The position numbers and the translations under genes were made by a program. This document shows positions 25,616 through 38,910 of a DNA stretch of 64,000 nucleotides, in pieces. The DNA comes from Eledone cirrhosa (lineage: Eukaryota). The notes beneath the pieces were generated by a model, which did not search any database, was not told where the DNA came from, and worked only from the letters and a program-made list of their open reading frames with translations. The stretch covers positions 144,832,001 to 144,896,000 of the forward strand of contig OZ024742.1 in assembly GCA_964016885.1 (NCBI GenBank). The letters run 5' to 3'. Position 1 is the stretch's first letter. Each line of letters starts with the position of its first letter.

Positions 25616-25942
25616 AGTTATTTTAATTGCTTGTTTTTCTAGCATATTTAATAACTTCACTTGTTAAGTTAAACACTAAATTGATCATTAGAGTATAGTC
25701 AATTATAGCTTTGTCTCTATGGGCACACCTGAAGGCTTGTAGTAAGGGTGTTCAGAAAAGGCAAATGTTTCTATTGATTATATTCTACAAAATACCTTTT
25801 CAATTTTAATATTTTGGATTTTATAGAAATATTGAAATGAAAAATTAATTTTTATTGATGAAAAAAGGATTGTAAATGCTTTAGCAAATGGTCAAGGTAA
25901 TTTAAATAAAATAATTTGCTGCAATGCCTTAAAAAAAGGGGG

Positions 25943-27059
25943 ACTAGACCGAAAAATGCGGGCGCATGTGTATTAATATTCTTAAATAATAATAAACCTG
26001 GAAAAGTACAGGACAAGTAGAATTAACTCTTAAAATATTGAAGCTGGAATTTGAATTTGATGAATTAAATGTACAATAATAAGCCTATGACATCACACTT
26101 AATCACAAGGAGGTGAAGGTTATTAAGATGGCATGGAATAGGACGTTTCGGTGCAGGCATTTCTGTGCCAGCGTTTCGGCACTGACATGTGGAATAGTCA
26201 TTCCTAGCTCTTTCATGGATAGATTTAGAATAACACAAGAATGACCTAAAGACAACCAAGATCATTTTTTACTTTAATTATTAATTAAATAATTAGAAAC
26301 GATCTAGAAATCACCTTGATTCATTAGGAATGGCCTAGTTAATCTTTGGTGCTAATCTCTAAAATATAGTCTCTGCTTTCCTCATAAGAAAGGAACAGTA
26401 ATCCAGATTATCAATCAGAATGATATCGCACTTGATCACTAAATTTTCTTTTTGAAATACAGTTGACTATCTCTAATTGTCACTCAAAGGAACTGTAAAA
26501 ATGACTGACAATTAGGGAGAGTCACAAAAAATAAAAGTTGGGCCCAAAATGGCGCTGACAATTAGGGAGAGTCAACTGTAATTCGATCTTGACAAATTTT
26601 GGCTTAACTTTTTTTTAAATGAAATTAGATTAATAATTTTAATATGATGACAATTTATGCAAAATTTAGCTCATTAATTTTTACTATTAATTTCAATTAA
26701 TTTTTAATGTCAATTTTTAAAGTAATACAGTATAATTAACCCACTAAAGGGACACAAAAAGTGACAACTTAAATGAACTGATAATTTATGTACAAAAGAT
26801 TGATGACATTAATTGGATTTGGTTGACAAAAATGGTGATTGCTGACTTAGGCAAACTGATGACTTAATATCTAATAAATCCCTAATTCATTATTATTTCT
26901 TATTATCTCTTGGCATTGCTAATTTTACTGTACATTGAATTCATCAAATTCAAATTCCAGTTTCAATATTTTAAGAGTTAATTCTACTTGTCCTGTACTT
27001 TTCCAGGTTTATTATTATTTAAGAATATCAATACACATGCGCCCGCATTTTTCGGTCTA

Positions 27060-27061
<2 letters not shown>
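25943..27061. repeat. 124-bp inverted repeat (25943-26066 / 26938-27061) containing the Helitron-like 3' terminus
   Basis: ACTAGACCGAAAAATGCGGGCGCAT.. mirrored by ..ATGCGCCCGCATTTTTCGGTCTAGT. Confidence 0.85.
26460..26578. mobile_element. Tc1/mariner(pogo)-type MITE
   Basis: TA|CAGTTGACTATCTCTAATTGTCA ... TGACAATTAGGGAGAGTCAACTG|TA: ~23-bp TIRs and a TA TSD. Confidence 0.7.
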
Positions 27062-27120
<59 letters not shown>

Positions 27121-27123
<3 letters not shown>

Positions 27124-27633
27124 GTATCTCCAAAGAAACACGGTTTTAGGAAGCCGTAGCTATGCAGACACCGGGGGGGGGGGGGGGCTAACGCCCTTTG
27201 GTGATGTCCAGCAGAAGCAAGAGGGACAACCGTCTATGCATTTTAGGCTTAACTGGCTTTCGTCAGGACAGTCCCTCCCACCGCTTGCGACTGCTGGACT
27301 AGGAGGCAGGCGTGAATATATAGTTTTCTCGTCTGTGTAAATGAGGTGATTAATCTCATTTGCATATGAAGCTGCATAAGTTGGCTCAACTTATAATAAA
27401 AAAGAAATATGATTTCGCTTCAAGCATGCAAACACCGGGGGGGGGGAGGGGCTAACGCCCTCTGGTGATATCCAGCAAAAGCAAAGTGGACAACCGTCTA
27501 TGCATTTCAGGCTTAACTGGCCTTCGGTTGTCCCCTTGCTTCTGCTGGACATCAGCAGAGGGCGTTAGCCCCCCCCCCCCCGCTGTTTGCATAGCTACGG
27601 CTTCCCAAAACCGTGTTTCTTTGGAGATACGAA
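27121..27633. mobile_element. non-coding PLE-type element: tandem plus inverted pLTR-like repeats with degenerate HHR
   Basis: Arms 27121-27232 / 27525-27633, direct partial copy 27427-27526; minus-strand CTGACGA-A-(A/G)GC-cagttaa-GCC-T-(G/A)AAA at 27234-27267. Confidence 0.55.
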
Positions 27634-27671
27634 ATATTTATATAAAGCTATGCTTGAAGGGAAATCCTATT

Positions 27672-27735
<64 letters not shown>

Positions 27736-27921
27736 TCTGTAGTTTCCATTTACCAAATTCCATTCAAAAGCCATTCGTTACCCTGAAACTATTGTAGAAA
27801 ACACTGGCCCAAGATACCCTGCATCGTGACTAAACCCAAAACAAAGTATTTGCGCAGTGAACTAGTTAATCAGACAGCCATGCTTGCATCTATGATGAAT
27901 TAATTATAATTATTAATAGTT

Positions 27922-28263
27922 TTCCCGGTTCTTAACATTCCGAGTTCAAATCCCGCTGATATTAGCTTTGCCTTTCATCCTTACGGGATGGATAAATTAA
28001 AGTTCCAGTAATACACCGGGGTCGGTCTAACCACTTTCAACTCCACCGAAATTGTTAACTTCGTGCCTAAATCAGAAACCATTATTAATTCTTTTTCCCG
28101 GTTCTTTACATTCTGAGTTCAAATCCCACCGAGGTCAACTTTGGCTTCCATCCTTCTGAGGCCGATAAAATAAAGTACGAGTAAAAATACTGGGGTCGAT
28201 TTAATCAACTTGCCACTCCCAACAAATGTTCTGGCCTGGTGTCAATGTTAGAAACCGTTATTA
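27922..28263 (+). mobile_element. two tandem 5'-truncated SINE copies
   Basis: B-box GAGTTCAAATCC and Meta-like core occur twice. Confidence 0.7.
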
Positions 28264-28706
28264 ATTCTTTTTCAATAGATTTCGGATGTGTAATAAATTA
28301 TGTTGCACTAAAAAAGAAAGTGAATAAAAGTGAAAATATTGTTTTTCAATATGATATGTTGAATAAGAAATAGCTGTGACATAAAGATGGAATTTCTTTG
28401 GTGTGAGAATTGGGAGATTAGTGAAAATAAGATTACTTGCGAAAATAAAATAAAATAAAAAGAAAGGAAACGGCTAAGAGCACATTTTTGTGAGAAGAAA
28501 GAAGCAAAAGACTCCGATATATTGACGATTATTTCAACATTTGAAACCAATTGAAAAAAAAATCAAAAAGCAAATTCTTCAAAAACTAAGAAAGAATTTT
28601 GTTTCACAATTATGTGTGTGTGTATGTATATATATATATAAATATATGTGTGTGTATGTGCGTTCAACTATATATATATATGTGTGTGTGTTTGTGTGTA
28701 TATATG

Positions 28707-28745
<39 letters not shown>

Positions 28746-31435
28746 ATATGCCGCCACAATGCAGATGAAATACTCGAATTAGCCGGGTAAAATCGACTAT
28801 TATTTACACTTCATCTGCATTGAGGCGGCTTACATGAAACAATATACATATAATACATACGTACTCATAATCTCTTTGTTACAGTCCACATCTCCCCCAA
28901 AAGCCACCCTCTCCACACATTCCTCCCATCCAAAAGAAAAACATCCACTCCACAGGTCCCCCTCTGGGTCTTTTCCTAATTCTACTGTCTCTCTCCGTCA
29001 CAGAGCATTGTTTGGGTGCAGTCTTGTTTGGGTACATAGGTGAAATTCCAGATTAACAAGACACACAATTTTGCCATAATAAAAGAATATATATATAATA
29101 TTGATGTATCTTTCTACTGGCATTCATTGAATTTAAACTGAGTTTAACAAAAGAAGTAGCAGAAAAGGAAAAACCAGGTGTTCTACAAAGGCAAAATTTG
29201 GCAAATACAACTCACAATTATGAATAAATTAGGGAATTCTAAAGTTTCAAGCAGATTGTGGTATGAAGAGATTTAGCTGTTGTTTTTAGCAGATTGAAGG
29301 ATCTCCTCATTGCCTTCAATATCATTGTCAGCGTAGCTTTACCTACACATTGTAATTTATCTTACTAGAAAATAATAAATGTTAATTTCTTTTGCTGATT
29401 AATATCGTCGCTCGTTGACCTCTTACCAACTTCTGTTTGACTGTTATTACTGGAGTTATCTCCTTTGGTTATTGCTTGTTAAGACTATAATTTCAGCACC
29501 AATAGAAGCAGAATTTTCATGGGTAGTCTCAGTTAATCGAAGATTTGCAACTCACAGTGTGGCATATCACTTTTGGTTACCTTCTTCGCGCTCACATTTT
29601 CTCTTTAACGAACTTTCAAATCAATTTATTCAGAATTAACAAAAACGCATTTTCTTTAGTTGTAGCTAGTAAGAGAACGTCTACATGGTTAACTGACCGT
29701 CTAGAAATAGCTCCAAAATCTCCTTTAATGCACACTCTAGTACTTTAAAGAGACATATTGTATAAAGTTTTCAGTGGTACATTATTCCTGAAAGAAAAAT
29801 CAAAACACTTGTATAATCAGTTTGAATGCTTTGATTATAGGTCTAGTCGGCCAGGACTGGCCGGGATCAAAACAAAATCAACTATATCACGTAGGATTTG
29901 TTTTTCGAAGAAAGTGCCTTGCTCGAAACGTTTTATATCTTCATCACAACATGCAAATTAATTCATACAAGCTATCAAGAGTGTCTGCAAGTGATCTCTC
30001 AAGTTTCTTGAAATAGACTTGAAATCTCTCTTAAATCACCTCCTCCCCTACCGTCTTAGGATAAGACACATTAGATAATGTCGTAACATATACCTCTAAA
30101 GTCCTTAATGGCCATAACCGGAATGCATTTGATCATAAGACTGCAAGATCATGGTTTACCTGGGGTAAACAACATAAAGGAAATAATAGTAGACTTGAAA
30201 GAGAAAGAAAATCATGAAGGGGTGAAATAAAACAGTGAAAGCAGAGCAAAGCAATATCCGAGGTTGAAACAAAAAATTCAAGAGAATTACAATAATGGAG
30301 TTTATAACAAAATTGGATGAGAAGATTGCAAGTGTTGATGTCTAGGATATTACAGGAATGAGAGAGATTAAAACACGTGCCGTAGAACAGTAAAGAAATG
30401 TCAGTTTTAAAATAAAGCTGTTACAAAGCGAAAATTGAAGAAATTTGATTGCAGAATAAAACAAATAAAATCAGTAATAATAGAAAGGGAATAAAAACAA
30501 AGAAATCATTATATAATTACAGAACAGGAATAGAGGCATTAAACATAAGGGGAGTTATCAGACGAGGAAAGAATAAATTACATAATGGTTTTAAATTCTC
30601 CTATTTCTTTTAAGCATGTTATCACATGCTGAATTCTTTTAACGTCTAGAAATGAGAGAATGAAGCGTAATAAGGTTATTAAACGGAAAAGGATTAAGGG
30701 TCTATGAATAATGAACGGTGTATAATAAAATGGCATGGAAAAGCAACTCTAAAGAATTGTGGTAAGGTATTAACGGAATGAAAGAAAGGATTAGAAATAT
30801 GGCTCCGATGTGAAGGAATTAGGATGATGAGCTTGAAATGAATGCAACTCATAGACAGAATCCTTATTTCAAATGACACATCCATTGGGTGAATTTCGAC
30901 TTCAGTTTCGGTGACATTTAATGAATAAGAGATAATTCTCACATGTATAGGACATGGTTACACACTGCCCCTCCTCTGGTCTGAATTAAACTCAATTATG
31001 CAAGCTAATTAACTACTCACAGTCCTATAGTGAGGGTTTACATTACTTATAGAATCATATTATACTAATTTATGGTATATACTTAGATATAGTTCTGCTT
31101 ATTTACTCTAATTTTCTAGATCAGTGTACGAAGTACGAATCTTCTGCAGTTTGTCCATCACCCTACCAACTGAACCAGTAAAAATATTTATTAAACATAA
31201 GACTAAAATGATTTATAATAAAATCATTGATGAACATCAGTGGAACCGAAAAGTCTAGTGCAAATGGTTAAAAGCCGCCAAAAGGCAGTCAATGAACAAG
31301 TGGTGATGTTAAACTGGGTTTTGTCTTCTAATTTCTTCCTTGTCCTTGTAAAACCTATAGTTTTCTACTATGGGAACAAGGAAGTACTATGTGATAAGGA
31401 AGACATATTTGTTGTCATTGATTAATTTTTGTATA

Positions 31436-31690
31436 TCTTCATCTTCATCTGTCCCGTAGTCTGGTGGGGGTCCCACAGATGACCTGGCAACCAGCTACTT
31501 CCATTTCTCTCGCCTCTCTTCATGGTTGCATCCAGCTTCATGCCTGTCCATTCCGGGATGTTGACCTCCCATCTCTTTTTCTGTCTGCTTCTCTTTCTAC
31601 CTCCTTGTACTGTTCCCTGCAGGACAGTCATGGCAAGCCCTGAAGATCTTATCAAGTGCCCGTACTATCTCAATTTGCGTTGTTCTACAA
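31436..31690 (-). mobile_element. RTE-clade LINE 3' fragment
   Basis: VLQGTVQGGRKRSRQKKRWEVNIPEWTG; (GATGAA)n tail. Confidence 0.75.
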
Positions 31691-32065
31691 TTTTTGTGTA
31701 TAAAATACATAAATAGGGTAATGAGTTAAAGATTGGGATAAGATGATAAATAATTAATTTCAAAGAAAGTGGAATAGTTGAAAAGAGTGAGTACATACAT
31801 AGAATATGGATTAATAAATGAAGTGTGAATTAACAAATTGACTGTATGAAAGTGTGAATTAATTTAGTTGGCTGTATGAAAGTGTCATTTAATAAGCGGA
31901 ATATATAAAGTTGGCGCAGGCATGGCTCCGCTATAAAGGAGGGAGCTATTGGTTTAGGTTGACCAACATACTATGAGGGAAATTTGATTGGCGGAAACTG
32001 TTAGGTTGGCCGTCATATACATGCATGTACATGTATATCTATCTATTTCACCTTCTCGCTCTCTC

Positions 32066-32154
<89 letters not shown>

Positions 32155-32171
32155 AGAGAGAAAGAGAGAAA

Positions 32172-32379
32172 TTCCCGAGTTGTGTCGAGGGTAACCCCAG
32201 TTTCAAAAGGTTCTCAATACATTGATAGGGTATAAGCATCTTATATTATATATAGGAATGACTTCACAGGACTAGAACTGTTTCTTTCGTGTGAAATCAT
32301 TTGGAATGTCCAGGACATCCCAGATGGTTTCATACGAATAAACAGTTCTAGTTCTGTACAAATCATTTCTATATCTAAT

Positions 32380-32385
<6 letters not shown>
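32172..32385. mobile_element. older copy of the 10486-10877 fold-back element
   Basis: GGGTAACC head; GACTAGAACTGTTTC..GAAATCAT / ..AAACAGTTCTAGT inverted arms. Confidence 0.5.
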
Positions 32386-32436
<51 letters not shown>

Positions 32437-32438
<2 letters not shown>

Positions 32439-34663
32439 GTATAATAAACAATAGAATATAATTACCTCATTACCAGAGGTTTCCCGAATAAGACGAATAC
32501 AAGAAATGTCCTCATTCGTTCGTCGGACAAGGCAACTTAAAACATAGTGAAATATTTGAAAAATATCCTCAAGAAAGGCAAAAGTTTAACGGGCAAAAAA
32601 ATATATAAATAAAAGTAATGCAAGAGATATATAAAAATAAAATAAGGAAATATAGTTAGGGTATGTGTATAAATGTGTGTATATTCACTCACAAATGTAC
32701 ATATGTGTGTATGTACATATGCATGTGTATAGTGAAAAAATGTGTGCGTAAGTACATATATGAGGGCAAGCATATCAGTGTATGTGTGACCACAAATACG
32801 TATATAATATATGTTGAAAAAGAAATTGTAAGATAATAGAGTTAACGTACATCCAGGCTCAGGTACTAAGGATTGAAATATATACACATACAAGCATGAA
32901 AGCACGCGTATAAACACACACACACACACGCACAACCACATACATGCAAGTGATATATACAGGGAAGGGAGTGTATCAGTCAAAGCAGTGTCAGGCTAAA
33001 GGTCGATATATATACAAAAAAATATAAAATTTGAAAATTAAAAAAATGAAAAAATGAAAAAATAAATGAGAATAAAAAAATTAAATCAAAGAGAAAGTAA
33101 GAGGGAGGGGTTATCAATTATAAAGTAACACTAGAAAAAATAACATACATAGGTTCGTGCATACACATATATATATATATAAATATATATATATAAATAC
33201 GTACAGACAAAAGCACATACATGCGTACATACATACAAAGGCGCGCATACATACACACGAAGCACATATATATATACGTACATGTACATCTAATCACACG
33301 CACGCAACTATATACATATATATACACACATACATACATATATATATATATACATATACATATACATATACACACACACACACACATATATAAGTATGTA
33401 AAAACCATAGATATAAAAACACACATACACACACACATATACACACACACGCGTACATACGAATAAATTCGTATACACACACATGCACGCTCACACGCAT
33501 AGATACAATATAAAAACCACCCGTATGAATAAATGAGTACAAATTATACGTAAGTAAACATACATAAAAGTGGCTGAGAGACAACAGAATATATCTGGAG
33601 TTAAAAACGCAAGTTAAAACTAATGTAGGCAAACAATTCCTAGAGTTCTTAGATAAACATTTCCATAGATCTTATAGTAGCTGTGTAGCTACTATAAGAT
33701 CTTCAATAAAAACTGTGTCAAAATCAGCTACTCCTGCGGTCCCCCTATTAAATCGTATATCCTCAATAAGAAAATACCCAGAGAACATCAAAATTGCTCC
33801 TGTAGAGTCACAAGTGAATGCCCATTACAAGGTAACTGCAACACCAAAGCCATTGTATATGCGGCTAAAGTGACAACCACCAGCAACAACCTACCAGCCA
33901 CCAGCGAACGATATGTGGGTCGCATCTTTCCGACATCCTGAAAAAAGATTTACAACAGCTCTGGCTAGCAGAATATGAGATTTGAAAGACCAATGTATCC
34001 AATATAAATTAGATTGGTCAATTTTGAACCAATCTAAAGAATATGCAAGAGGAACAAGAAGATGCGCACTCTGCATAAGTGAAAAATATTGGATTTTACA
34101 GAACTTTAAATCACCAAAAACCTGCCTAAATGCAAAACCAGAAATTTTCACCAGTTGGCCACAGATGAAATCACACTTGCTTTCCAGCTCATATAAACTT
34201 AACTGACTTTCAGATACTTATCCTCCATAAACTCTTGTTCTTCACTTTCCTTAAATTACCCTCTTTACAGACTTCTCTTTCTGATTTACTTTAATTTTTA
34301 TTTTTAACTTTATTTTTACTTCACATCCACCAGTGACCCCCCCCCCCCCCCCCCGACCTGCTTTTTGATTCACTTACTTTATGTTTTACTTCCCCATTTT
34401 CTGATAACACATGTCACTTGCGTTTTCAACTCCAGATATATTCTGTTGTCTCTCAGCCGCTTTTATGTATGTTTACTTGCGTATAATTTGTACTCATTTA
34501 TTCATACGGCCGGTTTTTATATTGTATCTATGCGTATGAGCGTGCATGTGTGTGTATACGAATGCATTCGTATGTGCGCGCGTGTGTGTGTGTGTATGTG
34601 TGTGTGTGTGTATGCGTTTTTATATCTATATTTTTTACATACTTATATGTGTGTGTGTGTGTG

Positions 34664-34710
<47 letters not shown>

Positions 34711-35610
34711 ATGTATGTGTGTATATATATGTATATAGTTGCGTGTGCGTGCGTGTGATTAGATGTACATGTACGTATATATATATATGTGCTTCGTGTG
34801 TATGTATGCGCGCCTTTGTATGTATGTACGCATGTATGTGCTTTTGTCTGTACGTATTTATATATATATATATTTATATATATATATGTGTATGTACGAA
34901 CCTATGTATGCTATTTTTTCTAGTGTTACTTTATAATTGATAACCCCTCCCTCTTACTTTCTCTTTGATTTAATTTTTTTATTCTCATATATTTTTTTAT
35001 TTTTTTAATTTTCAAATTTTATATTTTTTTATATATATATCGACATTCAGCCTGACACTGCTTTGACTGATACACTCCCTTCCCTGTATATATCACTTGC
35101 ATGTATGTGGTTGCGCGTGTGTGTGTGTGTGTTTATACGCGTGCTTTCATGTTTCTATGTGTATATATTTCAATCCTTAGTACCTGAGCCTGGATGTACG
35201 TTAACTCTATTATCTTACAATTTCTTTTTCAACACATATTATATACGTATTTGTGGTCACGCATACACTGATATGCTTGCCCTCATATATGTACTTACGC
35301 ACACATTTTTTCACTATACACATACATATGCACATACACACATATGTACATTTGTGAGTGAATATACACACATTTATACACATACCCTAACTATATTTCC
35401 TTATTTTATTTTTATATATCTCTTGCATTACTTTTATTTATATATTTTTTTGCCCGTTAAACTTTTGCCTTTCTTGAGGAGATTTTTCAAATATTTCATT
35501 ATGTTTTAAATTGCCTTGTCTGACGAACGAATGAGGACGTTTCTTGTATTCGTCTTATTCGCGAAATCTCTGGAAATGAGGTAATTATATTGTATTATTT
35601 ATTATACATA
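32437..35610 (+). mobile_element. 5'-truncated Penelope-like element (Neptune/Naiad-like C-terminus) with ~1.18-kb inverted pLTR arms
   Basis: Arms 32437-33614 / 34416-35610. Core 33610-34206 encodes VKTNVGKQFLEFLDKHFP, KIFNKNCVKISYSC, CSCR..CPLQGNC..AIVYAAKV..RYVG (GIY-YIG-type) and RRCALCISEKYWI..LN.KPEI. Confidence 0.85.
35511..35577 (+). ncRNA. hammerhead ribozyme-like motif in the PLE pLTR (mirror copy 32469-32534, minus)
   Basis: TTGCC..CTGACGA-A-CGAATGAGGACG..CGTCTTATTCG-C-GAAA-TCTC-TGG(T/A)AA. Confidence 0.6.
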
Positions 35611-35619
35611 TATATACAG

Positions 35620-36014
35620 GAGGGCGGTGGATTGGCAGTATCGGTAGAGGGTCGGACGCCATGCTTTCCAGCATAGTTACGTCCCTTTATGATCTGAGTT
35701 CAAATCCCGCCGAGGTTAACTTTGCCTTTCATCCTTACGGGGTCGATAAAATAAAGTACCAGTAATGTACTGGGTAATTGCTGGCCTTGTGCCAAAAGTA
35801 GAAACAATTATTTATTATACATGAGGGCGGTGAATTGGCAGTATCGGTAGAGGGTTGGACGCCATGCTTTGATGCATAGAGTTACGGCCCTTGCCATTCT
35901 GACTTCAAATTCCGCCTAGGTTAACTTTGCCTTTCATCCTTACGGGATCGATAAAATAAAGTACCAGTAATGCACTGGGATAATTGCTGGCCTTGTGCCA
36001 AAAGTAGAAACAAT
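35620..36014 (+). mobile_element. two tandem full-length SINE copies
   Basis: Complete A/B boxes, core and tail; ATTATTTATTATACAT at 35594, 35807 and 36013. Confidence 0.9.
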
Positions 36015-36116
36015 TATTTATTATACATTAAATTTAGCTCTGGTACTTACATAGAGTACTCTTCACTCCTATGACTTTTTCAATTTTCAACGGAAACTTC
36101 AATACTTATACAGCTC

Positions 36117-36191
<75 letters not shown>

Positions 36192-36464
36192 TAAGGTGGT
36201 CGGTTTGAATGTTAGATATTTGTACCTTGTCTCTGAATTTTGATTTCAAATCCCACCAAAGTCCACTTTGTTATTTATCCTTTCGGGGTCAATAAAAACA
36301 TTACTAGCCCAGTGGTGATGTAGCTCTCTCTCCCTCTCTCTCTCTCTCCTTCCATCTGTCACATCCTAGATGTTCTGTTGAATCAATGGTGGGGGAGAGG
36401 CCTCTAAAAGACTTAACATGGTAGATACTACTAAGTCATATTCAATTGCGAATGACAGCTATAG

Positions 36465-36702
36465 TTCTTCTTTGCCCACTTATTCCTGAGAGGGTCGTGG
36501 AGGAAGAGTCCTCAAACACTCCCTCTAGGGGGTCCTGTCAGAAGCAACCGTCTCCATTTGATCCCCAAGCGTGACCAGCCAAGCTCATGGATATTATCCA
36601 ACCATCTTGCTCGGGATCTACCTTTGGGTCTATTGCTGATTGGTTTCGTCCGTAAAATCTGTCCAGCGATTCCTTCCTGAGATTTTCTAACCACCTGCTC
36701 AT
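36465..36702 (-). mobile_element. RTE-like LINE 3' fragment
   Basis: [34 protein letters not shown]; homologous to 44600-44810. Confidence 0.65.
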
Positions 36703-36703
36703 A

Positions 36704-36704
<1 letters not shown>

Positions 36705-36761
<57 letters not shown>

Positions 36762-36911
36762 ATATATATATGTATATATATATTGATATATATATGTATA
36801 TATATATTGATATATATATGTATATATATATTGATATATATATATATATATATTGATATATATATATATATATATATATATATTGATATATATATATATA
36901 TATATATATAT

Positions 36912-36966
<55 letters not shown>

Positions 36967-37004
36967 GAAAGGTATAGAAAACACTGCAGCGAAAAGCGAA
37001 CAGC

Positions 37005-37092
<88 letters not shown>

Positions 37093-37095
37093 CGC
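36705..37095. repeat. interrupted (TA)n microsatellite
   Basis: Visible directly in the sequence. Confidence 0.9.
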
Positions 37096-37284
37096 GCGTG
37101 TGTACGTGCGTGTCTGTGTTTGTTTGCGTGTGTCCATGACTGTGTATATATTCATTGTTTATTTATGCACTGTAACTTAGCAACTCGACAACTAGGGATT
37201 GGTAAAATACTTACCAGACATGAAAATAGTAAGTACTAAGTTTGATATAATCGACTAAAGATTCCTCAAAGATGATGATCGATA

Positions 37285-37580
37285 GTGTGGAAGTTTTAAT
37301 TAATAGATTGACTGAGTGGAAGTGTTAAATATCATGTTGTGTCTAGTGAAGTGTAAATTAACAGGTTGACTGTATGGAAGTTTGAATTAACATGTTGATT
37401 GGGAGGAAGTGTGAGTAAATTAGTTGACTGTATGAAAGTGTGATTTAATTATTTGACTGTCTGGAAATGGAAATTAATAAGTTTGTCTGTGTATAAAATG
37501 TGAATAAATAAGTTGACCGTGTGAAAGTTTGATTCATTAAGTGTGTGAAAACTCAAATTGATAAATCGACGGTGTGAATT
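37285..37580. repeat. degenerate ~29-bp minisatellite (..AAGTGTGAATTAAxxxGTTGACTGTATG..); also 31815-31900 and, inverted, ~38560-39020
   Basis: Recurring AAGTGTGA / TTGACTG units at ~29-bp spacing. Confidence 0.6.
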
Positions 37581-37809
37581 TAAAAATGTACTATAGCAGT
37601 GTACATTCATAATTTGACTGCTCAAGTGTAAGTTCTTGTCAATTCGCGTTGATTTAATATTCTGCTTGTTTTTATTATTTAAGTTCAACTCTTTGATTTC
37701 TACATATTTAAATACTTTATATAGTGACGTAATTTTAAACAACGATGAATACAGTATAAATAATCAAGTAATTTACATTAATCTTGAGCAAATATAATTC
37801 TTTCAAGCA

Positions 37810-38003
37810 TTGACACAATGCCAACAATTTAAAGAAAGGGGAAGTCGATTATATCAACCCAGCACTTAACTGGCACTTTATTTCATCGACCGAATGGCAG
37901 TGTTGACATCGGCGGGATTTGAACTCAGAACGTAGAAAGTCGTAAATAAATAATTAAATGCCACAAAATATTTTGTCTGAAGCTCTACCAATACTGCCAA
38001 TCC

Positions 38004-38006
<3 letters not shown>
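37810..38006 (-). mobile_element. degenerate SINE copy
   Basis: GGCGGGATTTGAACTCAGAA and TACTGCCAATCCACC. Confidence 0.65.
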
Positions 38007-38037
<31 letters not shown>

Positions 38038-38910
38038 AGCTAAAATCATGATACACTTCTCTCTCAAGTGAGATGAAGTGAATTCTCAAAGCAACGAATT
38101 ATCGAGTTGGTTGTACGTTGGCTAACCAGCTAATGAGGTTGGCCTTTCCTAACCTTTCACTGACGTTTCGTAGTGTCTATGACGAATTCATGAAGTTCTC
38201 AATAGCCGAAGCCACTTAAGTTCTTTGTGGATTGTTTACTCATAGTTCAATCCTGTTTGAACAGACATATCATCAAAAGACTTCTAGCTGTCGACCAGAA
38301 CAACATTTTATATACGGTCCAATTGTATCTATCATGTTTTAAGACGAGAAGTGTGATTTTATGAAAATTAGCTACTATTTCTAGCAGAATGAATAAGGGT
38401 TCTGCGTGTAGTTACATTGGATGGCCATATTCATAAATGTTTCGCTATATGTGTTACTCTTTTCAGTTCTCCTACTAAATAAATTAAGAAGATACCTGCG
38501 TAATACATTCTTCCTGACAGCGAATTTATGGACTCTCACTTCCACATTGTCAACTTATTAATTCGTGTTTCCAAACAGCCAACATATCAATTCACATTTC
38601 CATACAGTCATCTTATTAATTCACACATTCAAAAATAAATAGAATAATCCACACTTCCTCACAATCAACATATTGATTTCCACTTCCACTCACCGGTCAG
38701 TTTCATTCACACTTCCACAAAGTCAAACTATGGTTTCACTCTTCCTCACAATAACCCTATTAATTTAAACTTTCATGAAATCAACACGTCCACTCAACCA
38801 GCATACTAATTCTTACTTTCACACAATTCCATTACTAATTCATGTTACCGCACAGCCAATATAATTAACACTTCCTCACTGTCAACATATTTGTTACCAC
38901 TACAGCCAAC

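Larger units (their letters stand above)
22856..27060 (+). mobile_element. decayed Helitron-type rolling-circle transposon (5' boundary uncertain)
   Basis: PIF1 and C19 protease remnants; 3' end ATGCG-CC-CGCAT hairpin (27037-27048) then CTAG|T at 27057-27061; hairpin ATATCATTCACACAC-ggta-GTGTGTGAATGATAT at 22856-22889. Confidence 0.65.

Noticed and set aside
32537-35509. Mirrored 148-aa hydrophobic ORFs (32537..32983, 35063..35509)
   Set aside because: Low-complexity pLTR sequence duplicated by the inversion; no protein evidence.
35620-35715. tRNA gene
   Set aside because: The A/B boxes belong to a SINE head; no complete cloverleaf, and it is followed by the SINE core and tail.
38159-38200. 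HHR-like GAAACGTCAG on the minus strand; also CTGACGAAGGACTAA at 21692
   Set aside because: Only half of the catalytic core is present in each case.
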